Below are positions 37,634-45,882 of a DNA stretch of 64,000 nucleotides, in pieces. The stretch covers positions 102,325-166,324 of the forward strand of contig CAVPHV010000017.1 of NCBI GenBank assembly GCA_963704825.1, read 5' to 3'. The notes beneath the pieces were generated by a model, which was not told where the DNA came from, did not search any database, and was given only the letters and a program-made list of their open reading frames with translations. The DNA is from an uncultured Acidimicrobiia bacterium. Lineage in GTDB: Bacteria > Actinomycetota > Acidimicrobiia > Spongiisociales > UBA5794. Numbering within the stretch: position 1 is the first letter of the stretch; every line of letters begins with the position of its first letter. The position numbers and the translations under genes are program-made.

Positions 37634-38167
37634 TTAGGAGTCGACGGCGTCGGCGATCTCGTCGTCGGACTTCGAGATGGCTTTCTGCAGTTTGTCGTAA
37701 TCGTCTTGGCTGATCGCCTTGTTGACCCGCTTGTCGGCGTCGGTCAGCGCAGCCTCAACCCGGTCGAGATACTTGTCGTCGACGACGACAACCACCGCAG
37801 ATGAGTTCGGTGGGAAGTACTCGTCGAGCTCAACGCCGAGTTCCTTCTCTTCGTGCTTCTTGGTCAGGTGTCCGAGCAGAGCACCGATGCCGGCACCGAT
37901 CGCGGTCGAGGCAAGCAGCGGAGGAGCGAACAGGCCAACAACGAGGCCAATCCCGCCGCCGATCCACGCACCGGCCGCGGTGTCTTCGTTGGCAGCGCCC
38001 TTCTCGAGCACGTCGACCTTACCGTTGGCGTCGCGGCTCATCACCACGGCGCCCACGACCTTGAAGTCGTCGCCCTCGGCGTCTTTGAGCAGTTGGAAAT
38101 CCGACTGCGCGGACGTTGCGTCGCTGTACGCAGCTACGTACAGAACAAGATTGTCACCTTCTGACAT
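37634..38167 (-). CDS. DUF1269-like small membrane protein (glycine-zipper TM pair)
   Basis: 177 aa. N-terminal soluble domain, a central Gly-rich TM hairpin (GAWIGGGIGLVVGLFAPPLLASTAIGAGIGALLG) and an acidic C-terminal tail. Confidence 0.5.
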   Translation of the reverse strand: MSEGDNLVLYVAAYSDATSAQSDFQLLKDAEGDDFKVVGAVVMSRDANGKVDVLEKGAANEDTAAGAWIGGGIGLVVGLFAPPLLASTAIGAGIGALLGHLTKKHEEKELGVELDEYFPPNSSAVVVVVDDKYLDRVEAALTDADKRVNKAISQDDYDKLQKAISKSDDEIADAVDS

Positions 38168-38399
38168 GTATGTGTCCTTTCTCTGACACGAGTCTTCCTG
38201 TCTCCCCGCCGAGTGATGCCACGACGGAAACCTTGTTGCGTGAGGATGTGGTCATGCGATGACCACGGTGACCGGTCCACCTGCAGGATTGAGTGAGCCG
38301 TCCGAGAGGTCTACTGCGTAGCTGAGGTGTCCATTCGACAGTTGGTGGTCACTGAGGACCACGATAGTGTTGCTGACGTTGCTGACGTCGGTGACGGGA

Positions 38400-38790
38400 G
38401 AAGCGCATTTGGCGGGTTCTCCGCAATCGTGTCGTCCCCTTCACCCCACGTCGAAACGCGGTGAGACCGTGGAGGAGCACACTCATCCCTACCGTGATGG
38501 CGGCGACCGCGGTGATCGTGGCTTGGCCGGCGAGATCGGCCTCCGTGACTACGAGAGCTGCTAAAACGATTGTCACCAGTCCTCGGGGACCGAACCACCC
38601 CATGTAGAGCACGGTCGGCCCGGCCGGCTTGGTCCCACCATGGACACGGCAACCGGGCCGATTCGAGCCACCGTGAGGGCGAGCACGGCCATAGGGACGA
38701 TCTGCCATGTCATCAGATCGAAGGTGCGATTCAGCACGAGCGCGAAGCCGAGCACGCAGATGGCAACGTGGAAGATGACACGTGCCATGC
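38400..38790 (-). pseudogene. Remnant of the C-terminal end of a CPA1-type Na+/H+ antiporter (frameshifted fragment)
   Basis: Two adjacent minus-strand frames encode antiporter-like TM segments (IVPMAVLALTVARIGPVAVSMVG and VLYMGWFGPRGLVTIVLAALVV...LLHGLTA). There is no intact N-terminal ~350 aa. Confidence 0.5.
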
Positions 38791-38829
38791 CCGGCCTCGT
38801 TCGCTACGTCTGTTCTCCTCCCCGCTGGG

Positions 38830-39042
38830 TCAGGCGGCGTGCAGCTCGCGGCCCTCGTAGGCGCTTGCCGAGTACGCGGCGATGTCGGCGATGACACCGA
38901 GGCCGATGATCACATCGTCAAACCCGGTGATCACCGTTCGCCTCACTTCTCCCGAAGGATGTCTCGCATTGCCCGCTGCGACCCCACCCGTTTCGCGTGG
39001 ATATCGCCGAAGATGCGCGGTGCTCCGGGCATCTGTAGTCAT
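38830..39042 (-). pseudogene. Truncated paralogous copy of the 3' end of the adjacent small membrane protein gene
   Basis: C-terminal 30 aa (ITGFDDVIIGLGVIADIAAYSASAYEGRE) and ~70 nt of DNA are near-duplicates of the end of the 39054-39335 gene. The N-terminal part is unrelated and non-hydrophobic. Confidence 0.4.
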
Positions 39043-39053
39043 CGGTTTGCTGT

Positions 39054-39335
39054 TCAGGCGGTCATGTACCGCTCACGGTTGGTGTAGCCACTGCCGGCGT
39101 ACGAGGCAATGTCGGCGAAGATGCCGAGGCCGAGGATCACGTAGTCGAAACCGGTGATGCCACCCGGTGCTACTGATGCCCACATGAGGGTGGTCCACGG
39201 TGCGAAGATGAAGCCGACGAATGCCCACCAGAAGCTGGAGAAGGCGGCTTCCCACCGCGCCGTGTCGATCAGCCACCACACCAGGATGGCGGCGCGGGGT
39301 CCGAGGAAGACCAAGCTTGTGAAGAAACAACACAT
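39054..39335 (-). CDS. Small membrane protein (93 aa, 2-3 TM helices), unknown family
   Basis: Trp/Phe-rich TM segments. C-terminal motif ITGFDYVILGLGIFADIASYAGSGYTNRE is shared with the downstream truncated copy. Confidence 0.5.
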   Translation of the reverse strand: MCCFFTSLVFLGPRAAILVWWLIDTARWEAAFSSFWWAFVGFIFAPWTTLMWASVAPGGITGFDYVILGLGIFADIASYAGSGYTNRERYMTA

Positions 39336-39475
39336 CCGTCCCGAACCTCCGTGCTGAGCCGCCGTTTACCACAGAGACGGTACTTCCATGCTCGGGCGCC
39401 TGGCAAGCCGGTGCCTCCCCTTCACCACGTCCTCAGGTCTAGTGTGATACTGAGACGAGGCGAGGAATCACCATC

Positions 39476-39823
39476 ATGAACGGCGACCCATCGAGCGAAG
39501 ATCGTGAACGCGAGGAACGGGCGGCGCAAGCGCGGTATGAAGTAGAGCGCAAGGCCAGCCACGACCGCTACGAAGCCGAACGTGAAGCCTCCCACGACCG
39601 TCACGAGGTGGAACGACAAGCTGGTCGTGACCTCGACGACTCTGCCCAGCGCAACGAGCGGGAACGTTTCGAACGGGAGCGTCGCGAAGAGCGTGAACGG
39701 ATCGATCAGATCCGCCGCGACGAGAGAGAGCAAGCCGATGCCCTCCGTCGCGAAGAGCGAGAACGCGATGATGTGGAACGGCGCGAGGCTCGCGATCAGA
39801 GACGAGCCGACCGAGAGGGCTGA
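39476..39823 (+). CDS. Small highly charged Arg/Glu/Asp-rich protein with three 11-residue (33-nt) tandem repeats
   Basis: 115 aa. Repeats RYEVERKASHD / RYEAEREASHD / RHEVERQAGRD. Preceded by GAGGCGAGGAA SD-like sequence and a TAGTGT...GATACT promoter-like stretch. The overlapping 389-aa minus-strand ORF has no support. Confidence 0.5.
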   Translation: MNGDPSSEDREREERAAQARYEVERKASHDRYEAEREASHDRHEVERQAGRDLDDSAQRNERERFERERREERERIDQIRRDEREQADALRREERERDDVERREARDQRRADREG

Positions 39824-39914
39824 GACCTGGTGATCACGCGCCGGACGTGAGGCGGTCGACGAAGGCGTTTGCGTGGCGGCGGTCCGGCACCGTCGCGACC
39901 CTCGGCCGACTTCC

Positions 39915-39968
39915 CTGTTCTGGCGTGGCTCAGGCGCGATTTCCTGGACCCGAACCACGCAAGAACGG
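39915..39968 (-). repeat. Copy B of the ~55-nt palindromic 3'-end element (core inverted relative to copies A and C)
   Basis: CTGTTCTGGCGTGG...CCACGCAAGAACGG arms. The core GGCGCGATTTCC is the reverse complement of GGAAACCGCGCC in copy C. It overlaps the last codons of the minus-strand GNAT gene. Confidence 0.6.
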
Positions 39969-40421
39969 ATTGGGTCGAGCGAACTCCACAACGTTGATAC
40001 CTGGAGCCACCTCACGTTCGTCGGTGCGATGAAAGCCGAGGGACTCGTAGAGGGCGCATGCCGGCTCGTTGCGAGCGCCGGTCGACACGGTGACGACGGG
40101 ATGATCGAGCACGGCCTCGACCAGGGCACGGCCGATTCCTCGTCTGGCCTGGTCCGGATCGACGATGAGCCGGTCGATGTCGCAGCTGCCGTCTGGTGCG
40201 ACGACAAATCCGATGGCACCGACGATGGCGTCACCCTCGAAAGCCGCCAGCCAATCGATGGGCTGCGACTGGAGTTCGTCGACCGTCTCGTCGAGCGGCG
40301 GAATCCCGTCGTAGCCGATGAGATCCGCCTCGATTTGGTAGGCGGCGTGCTGAATCGCCAGCAGGCGGGTGGCGATGGCGGTGTCGCCGACCTCGGGGGT
40401 TTGGATGGAGATGGTGGCCAT
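39930..40421 (-). CDS. GNAT family N-acetyltransferase
   Basis: Motif RLIVDPDQARRGIGRALVEAVL for acetyl-CoA binding. Start at the internal ATG (MATISIQTPE) at 40421. The extreme C-terminus is encoded by the palindromic repeat. Confidence 0.7.
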   Translation of the reverse strand: MATISIQTPEVGDTAIATRLLAIQHAAYQIEADLIGYDGIPPLDETVDELQSQPIDWLAAFEGDAIVGAIGFVVAPDGSCDIDRLIVDPDQARRGIGRALVEAVLDHPVVTVSTGARNEPACALYESLGFHRTDEREVAPGINVVEFARPNPFLRGSGPGNRA

Positions 40422-40463
40422 CGCCGCCACCCTAGGCGGGGAATTCGCGCTTGACTGGTCGAT

Positions 40464-41633
40464 GTGATTTCGATCAACTCTGCAGAGCGAAGGGCCCGGC
40501 TCGCCGTTCGCCACCGGCTGGCGCGGCCCGCCGATAGCGTCGTTACCGCAGCAGCCGACATGGTTGGTCTGCACTCGAGCGATCCCGCCACGGTCTACCT
40601 GTCGGCGTGGGCCCGGGTGCCCGGGTTCGTTCACGGTGACCTCGAGGCAGCCCTCTACGACGATCGAGCTTTGCTGCGCATGCTCGGGATGCGGCGCACG
40701 ATGTTTGTGGTTCCTCCAGACCTTGCCGCGGTGATGCAGTCCGCCTGCACGGACGCCCTGCTTGCCCCGGAGCGCCGCCGGTTGGTCAAGATGCTGGGGG
40801 AGCAGGGCATCGCCACCGATCCCGAGGCCTGGCTGGTCGACGTCGAGTCCCGAGTCCTGTCGGCACTGGAGGGCCGTGGTGAGGCGACCGCCGTCGAACT
40901 GACCGAGGATGTACCCGAGCTCGGCACCAAGCTGATGTTTGGTGCGGGCAAGAAGTGGGGCGGGACCATAGGCCTATCAACCCGCGTTCTCTTTCTTCTC
41001 GCCACCGCCGGTTCGATCGTGCGCGGCCGGCCCCGGGGCACGTGGCTGTCGAGCCAATACCGCTGGGCGCCGACTACAACCTGGGTGGGGGCGCCGCTTC
41101 CCGAGTTGGACCGAGCCGAGGCGCAGGCCGATCTCCTGAGCCGGTGGCTGTCGGCCTTCGGCCCGGGCACGCTCACCGATCTCAGGTGGTGGACCGGATG
41201 GACGGTGCGCGACACCAAGGCGGCGCTTGCCGCCAACGGTGCGATCGAGGTCGAACTCGAGACCGGGACCGGGTGGGTGCTGCCGGACGATCTGGAGCCG
41301 GTACCGGCAGCGGGGGATTGGGTGGCGTTACTACCTGGGCTGGATCCGACCGTGATGGGCTGGAAGGAACGGGACTGGTACCTGGCCGATCACCAGGCAC
41401 TCTTGTTCGATCGCAACGGCAACGCCGGACCGACCGTCTGGTGCAACGGCCGCATCGTCGGCGGCTGGGCGCAACGCCGCGACGGTGAGATTTCGATTGA
41501 GTTGCTCGAAGACGTTGGCGCTGCCGCTGCCGCCGAGATCGAGGCCGAGGCCGCTCGCCTCCACGAGTGGCTCGGCGACACCCGGGTCACTCCGCGCTTC
41601 CGCTCTCCGCTGGACAAGCGTTTGAACGGCTGA
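40464..41633 (+). CDS. Winged-helix DNA-binding protein of the AlkZ/YcaQ family (putative interstrand-crosslink DNA glycosylase)
   Basis: 389 aa. N-terminal pattern LxRxRLxxxxD...VGLHSSDPATVYLSAWARVPGF and an overall layout resembling YcaQ/AlkZ-like proteins. Confidence 0.55.
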   Translation: MISINSAERRARLAVRHRLARPADSVVTAAADMVGLHSSDPATVYLSAWARVPGFVHGDLEAALYDDRALLRMLGMRRTMFVVPPDLAAVMQSACTDALLAPERRRLVKMLGEQGIATDPEAWLVDVESRVLSALEGRGEATAVELTEDVPELGTKLMFGAGKKWGGTIGLSTRVLFLLATAGSIVRGRPRGTWLSSQYRWAPTTTWVGAPLPELDRAEAQADLLSRWLSAFGPGTLTDLRWWTGWTVRDTKAALAANGAIEVELETGTGWVLPDDLEPVPAAGDWVALLPGLDPTVMGWKERDWYLADHQALLFDRNGNAGPTVWCNGRIVGGWAQRRDGEISIELLEDVGAAAAAEIEAEAARLHEWLGDTRVTPRFRSPLDKRLNG

Positions 41634-41652
41634 ACGCAGTGTCCGCACCGAT

Positions 41653-41703
41653 TCCTGCGTGGCCAGGGTGTCGGAAACCGCGCCTGAACCACGCAAGAAC
41701 GGG
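41653..41703 (+). repeat. Copy C of the ~55-nt palindromic 3'-end element
   Basis: TTCCTGCGTGG...CCACGCAAGAACGGG with core GGAAACCGCGCC. Lies 20 nt after the AlkZ-like gene stop. Confidence 0.6.
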
Positions 41704-41770
41704 TTCTCGCTGCAGAGGTCTGTGAGCTGCCGGGTACACTCGCTGGGAGGCCGACGGGATAGGAGGAGAC

Positions 41771-43949
41771 GTGGCAACGACCGCCACTCAGGAAGCTCCG
41801 GAGGACGCTGCCCCGAAGCAGCGCAAGATCACCGCCAGCGGAGCGCTTTTTGTGCTTTCCGGGCTCGCCGTTGTCGGCACGCTGCTGCTGTGGTGGATGG
41901 GCACGCTCCCCGACGAACCCGAGATCGAAGTCGGCCGGCTCGTCTTCGGCAACATTCCGGGGCCTGTCATCGCCCTGTTCTATGTCTCCGTTGCGGTGTT
42001 CCTCGGCGTCTCGATCTACCTGCTGGCACAGCGGGCCAAGAGCTGGGAACGCGGCTCGTGGGAGAACCGCAGCGGGATGATGAAGAAGCGGCTCCACGAG
42101 TTGCGCGAGGGTCTGTCGATGCGCACCCTGCTACGCGACCGCAACGCCGGGCTGATGCACTCGGCGATCTACTACGGGTTCATCGTGTTGTTCCTCGGAA
42201 CCGTCACGCTCGAGATCGACCACCTGCTGCCCAACAACCTCAAGTTCCTCTACGGCGCCTTCTACCAAGGCTTCTCGTTTGTCCTCGACCTGTTTGCCGT
42301 GATCTTCCTGGTCGGCATCGTCTGGGCGGCGGTGCGTCGCTACGGCATGAAGCCATGGCGGCTGCGCTCGAAGACCAAGCCGGAAGACGCCGGCATCCTC
42401 ATCACCCTCGGGCTCATCGGCGTCACCGGACTGCTGGTCGAGGCCGCCCGTGTCGCCGAGATTGGAAGACCGGACTTCGAGAAATGGTCGTTTGTCGGCT
42501 ACCCGCTGAGCTACCTCGTCCCCGAGAGCTCAGCCGCCGGCATCCATCAGGTGTTCTGGATCACCCACGTCGTGGTGTTCATCGCGTTCCTGGTGATGCT
42601 GCCGACCACCAAGCTGCGACACATGGTGTCGTCGCCGGTCAACATGTTTCTCTCGCCCCATGAGCGGCCGAAGGGCGCGATGCGGGAGGTGCCGAACCTG
42701 ATGGAAGCGACCGACATCGAGACCATCGGCGCCGCCACGGTTGGGGAGTTCACCTGGAAGCAGCTCTTCGACACCGACGCCTGCACCATCTGCGGGCGGT
42801 GCACGTCGGTGTGCCCCGCCAACACCACCGGCAAGTCGCTCGATCCACGCGAGATCGTGCTCAAACTCGGAGAGGTTGCCGACCGCACTGCGGCCGACCC
42901 CGTCTCGCCGCCGGTGTCGGTCGACCAGGCGATCACGGTGACCTCGGACAACGTCTTCGAGCGGATCACCGCCGAGGAGCTGTGGGCGTGCACGACGTGC
43001 CGGGCCTGCGACGAGATCTGCCCGGTCAACATCGAGATCGTCGACAAGATCCTCGACATGCGCCGCTACCTGTCGCTGATGGAGGCCGACTTCCCCAGCG
43101 AGCTCGGCAAGGCCTACGTCTCGATGGAGAACTCATCGAACGTGTACGGCATGGACCAGAGTTCTCGGGGCGACTGGACCGATGAACTCGGCTTCCCGGT
43201 CAAGGTCCTCGGCGAACCCGGTGTCGAAGCCGAGTACCTCTACTGGGTGGGGTGTGCCGGATCGTTCGACGATCGCAACCGCAAGGTCACCATCTCGACC
43301 GCCCGCCTGCTCAACGAGGCAGGAGTCGACTTCGCCATCCTGGGGCCCCGTGAGCTGTGCACCGGCGACCCGGCTCGCCGCACCGGCAACGAATACGTGT
43401 TCCAAGGGCTTGGCGCTGCAGAACATCGAGACGCTCAACGATCTCGGGGTGACCAAGATCATCACCCAGTGCCCCCACTGCTTCAACACGCTCGGCAACG
43501 AGTACCCGCAGTTCGGCGGCGACTACGAGGTGGTGCACCACAGCGAACTGCTGATGCATCTCGTCGATAGCGGCAAGATCACCCCGAAGTCGAACGGTCA
43601 GTCGATCACCTATCACGACCCCTGCTACCTGGGCCGCTACAACGATGTGTTCATGGCGCCGCGCGAAGTGCTCGACACCGTGGGCAGGCGGGTCGAGATG
43701 CCCCGCAACGGCACCGGCTCGTTCTGTTGTGGCGCCGGCGGGGGCCGGATGTGGATGGAGGAGCAGACCGGCAAGAAGGTCAACATCGAGCGCACCGAGG
43801 AGGCGATCGCCACCGGCGCCGATGTCATCGCGGTTGGGTGCCCGTTCTGCTTCGTGATGATCGACGACGGAGTCAAGGAACTCGGCAAGGACGAGGACGT
43901 CGAGGTGAAGGACCTGTCGATGCTGCTCGCCGAACGCTCACTCGACTGA
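41771..43949 (+). CDS. Membrane-bound (Fe-S)-binding reductase with N-terminal multi-TM domain, two 4Fe-4S motifs and C-terminal CCG (HdrD/GlpC-like) domains; frameshifted near 43400
   Basis: [12 protein letters not shown] and [12 protein letters not shown] ferredoxin motifs. CCG-domain cysteines in the downstream frame (ITQCPHCFN..., CYLGRY..., FCCGAGGG..., AVGCPFCF). Resembles the actinobacterial Rv0338c-type iron-sulfur reductase. Reading frames 41771-43570 and 43182-43949 join if one G is removed from GGG at ~43398. Confidence 0.7.
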
Positions 43950-43958
43950 ATCTGCACC

Positions 43959-44735
43959 GTGACGGAGCCCATCAGCGCTGCCGGAGCGATCGCCTCCGTC
44001 ACCCTGGTCTTGCTGGCGGCCGGTCTTTCGTGGTGGCGTGGAGTCGGGGTCGAGAAGTCGGTGCTGTGGGCGGCCTTTCGTGCGGCAGTTCAGTTGCTCG
44101 CAGTCGGCGCCGTGCTCGCCGTGATCTTCACGTCGGGCGGGGCGATGGTCTTCGCCTGGTTGTGGGTGGTCTTCATGGTGGTTGTGGCAGCAGAGACCGC
44201 CCGGCGCCGCGCTCCCGAGGTGCCCGGGCTGCGGACGACCGTGTTTCTCGCCATCGGCGGATCGGCCGCTGTGGCGCTTGCCGTGGTATTCGGGTTCCAG
44301 ATTCTCGACCTGACCCCGGTGACGGTGGTGGTGACGGCGGGGATCACCATCGGCAACACCATGCCGTCGACCGTGCTCGCCAGTGACCTGGTGGTGTCCT
44401 ATCTCCAGGACAACCGGCTCCAGATCGAGGGTCTGCTCTCCCTCGGGTTCGATGAGCGGGGTGCCTCGCAGTTCCTGGTTCGCACCACCTCCCGCACCGC
44501 TCTCATCCCCCAGATCGAGCGCACCAAGGTCGTGGGCTTGATTGCCCTCCCCGGGGCCATGACCGGGCTGCTGCTGGCAGGCGTCGAACCGATTCCCGCC
44601 GTGCTCGTGCAGCTCGTCGTGATGTACCTGGTGCTTGCTGCAGTCGTGGTTGCGGTCCTCGTGGTGGTGTCCACGATCTCCCGGAGAGCCTTCACCCCCG
44701 ACCTCCGACTCGAGTCCTGGACGGTGCGGACCTAG
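43959..44735 (+). CDS. FetB/YbbM (UPF0014) family ABC transporter permease
   Basis: 258 aa, ~7 TM helices with family-typical segments. No adjacent ATPase gene in the window. Confidence 0.6.
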   Translation: MTEPISAAGAIASVTLVLLAAGLSWWRGVGVEKSVLWAAFRAAVQLLAVGAVLAVIFTSGGAMVFAWLWVVFMVVVAAETARRRAPEVPGLRTTVFLAIGGSAAVALAVVFGFQILDLTPVTVVVTAGITIGNTMPSTVLASDLVVSYLQDNRLQIEGLLSLGFDERGASQFLVRTTSRTALIPQIERTKVVGLIALPGAMTGLLLAGVEPIPAVLVQLVVMYLVLAAVVVAVLVVVSTISRRAFTPDLRLESWTVRT

Positions 44736-44924
44736 CGGGCATGTGGGGTGGGGCCAACCGCACCGCGGGGTTGGTCGGGTGGTGGGGGTGCCCGAGGGGG
44801 CGGGCCTTGCCCCGGCCCCCTCGGCTCGATCGGCCCGGCTGAGCCGGGGCGATCGGCAATGAGGGCGGCCGGGAGGCCGCACGAATACGAGCCGGAGCCC
44901 CTTTGGGGCGGAGGCGAGAACTCA

Positions 44925-44947
44925 GAGGACAACCGGAGGTTGTCCTC
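44925..44947. terminator. Perfect hairpin between convergent FetB-like and malG-like genes
   Basis: GAGGACAACC-gga-GGTTGTCCTC, a 10-bp perfect stem 8 nt from the malG-like stop. Preceded by additional GC hairpins (CCCGGCT-ga-GCCGGG). Confidence 0.55.
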
Positions 44948-44955
44948 TGAAGGCC

Positions 44956-45882
44956 CTAGCCCTTGACGGCGCCTGAGGTCAGGCCGCCGACGAGCTGATC
45001 CTGCATCGGGACGTAGACGGCGATCACGGGAATCGACGCCAGCACCGACGCCGCGGCGAGGCCACCCCAGTTGGCGGTGTAGCTGTCGGAGATCATCAAG
45101 AACAGACCGCGCGGCAGCGTGTAGAGGTTGGTATCGGACAGCAACACCGAGGCGAGGATGTACTCGCCGTAGATGAAGACGAACGTGATGATGAACACCA
45201 CGCCGAGAATCGGTCGGGTCAGCGGCAGGATCACGCGGTAGAAGATGTCGAAGTGGCTGGCACCGTCGACGACCGCCGCCTCGTCGAGCGAGAACGGGAT
45301 GGTGTCCATGAAGCCCTTGATCAGCCAGGTATTGATCCCGATCGAACCGCCGAGGTAGACGAGGATCAACCCGAGGTGGGTGTTGAGTCCGGCGATCGGG
45401 AAGATGTCACCGATGCCCCGTACCAGCAGCAGGATGGCGACAAACGCCAAATACTGCGGGAACACCTGGATCAGCAGGACGATCAGCAGCCCAGCCCGGC
45501 GGCCGCGCCACTCCAACCGGGAGAAGGCAAAGGCGGCAGATGCCGACATGAGGACCTGGATGGTGGCCACCACAAAGGCGATGTAGAAGCTGTTCCACAG
45601 CCAGCGGCCGACGGGGAGCAAGGGGTCGGTGAACAACTCTTTGAAGTTGTTCAACGTGACCGAGGTCGGAATGAGGTTAGAGGCGCCCAGGGTGTTGAAG
45701 GTGTTGAACGCCGCCGAGACCATCCACAGCACCGGGTAGATGGCGAATGCCATCGCCACCCACATCACGGCATGACGCCATCCCTTGTTGCGCAGCCAGA
45801 CCTTGAAGCTGGTCTTGTTCTTGGTACCGAGACTTATCTGCCCGGCGACGACCTTGCTGTCGGTCGGCTTAGAGGTTGCCAT
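44956..45882 (-). CDS. Carbohydrate ABC transporter permease (MalG-like)
   Basis: Six TM helices with EAA-like loop motif (FSLDEAAVVDGASHFDIFYRVILP). Confidence 0.85.
   Translation of the reverse strand: MATSKPTDSKVVAGQISLGTKNKTSFKVWLRNKGWRHAVMWVAMAFAIYPVLWMVSAAFNTFNTLGASNLIPTSVTLNNFKELFTDPLLPVGRWLWNSFYIAFVVATIQVLMSASAAFAFSRLEWRGRRAGLLIVLLIQVFPQYLAFVAILLLVRGIGDIFPIAGLNTHLGLILVYLGGSIGINTWLIKGFMDTIPFSLDEAAVVDGASHFDIFYRVILPLTRPILGVVFIITFVFIYGEYILASVLLSDTNLYTLPRGLFLMISDSYTANWGGLAAASVLASIPVIAVYVPMQDQLVGGLTSGAVKG

Noticed and set aside
39422-40591. 389-aa minus-strand ORF spanning the charged-protein and GNAT region
   Set aside because: The GNAT motifs are in a different minus-strand frame (39930-40634), and the remaining part overlaps the plus-strand ER-repeat ORF. 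Composition is Ser/Thr/Arg/Pro-rich noise.
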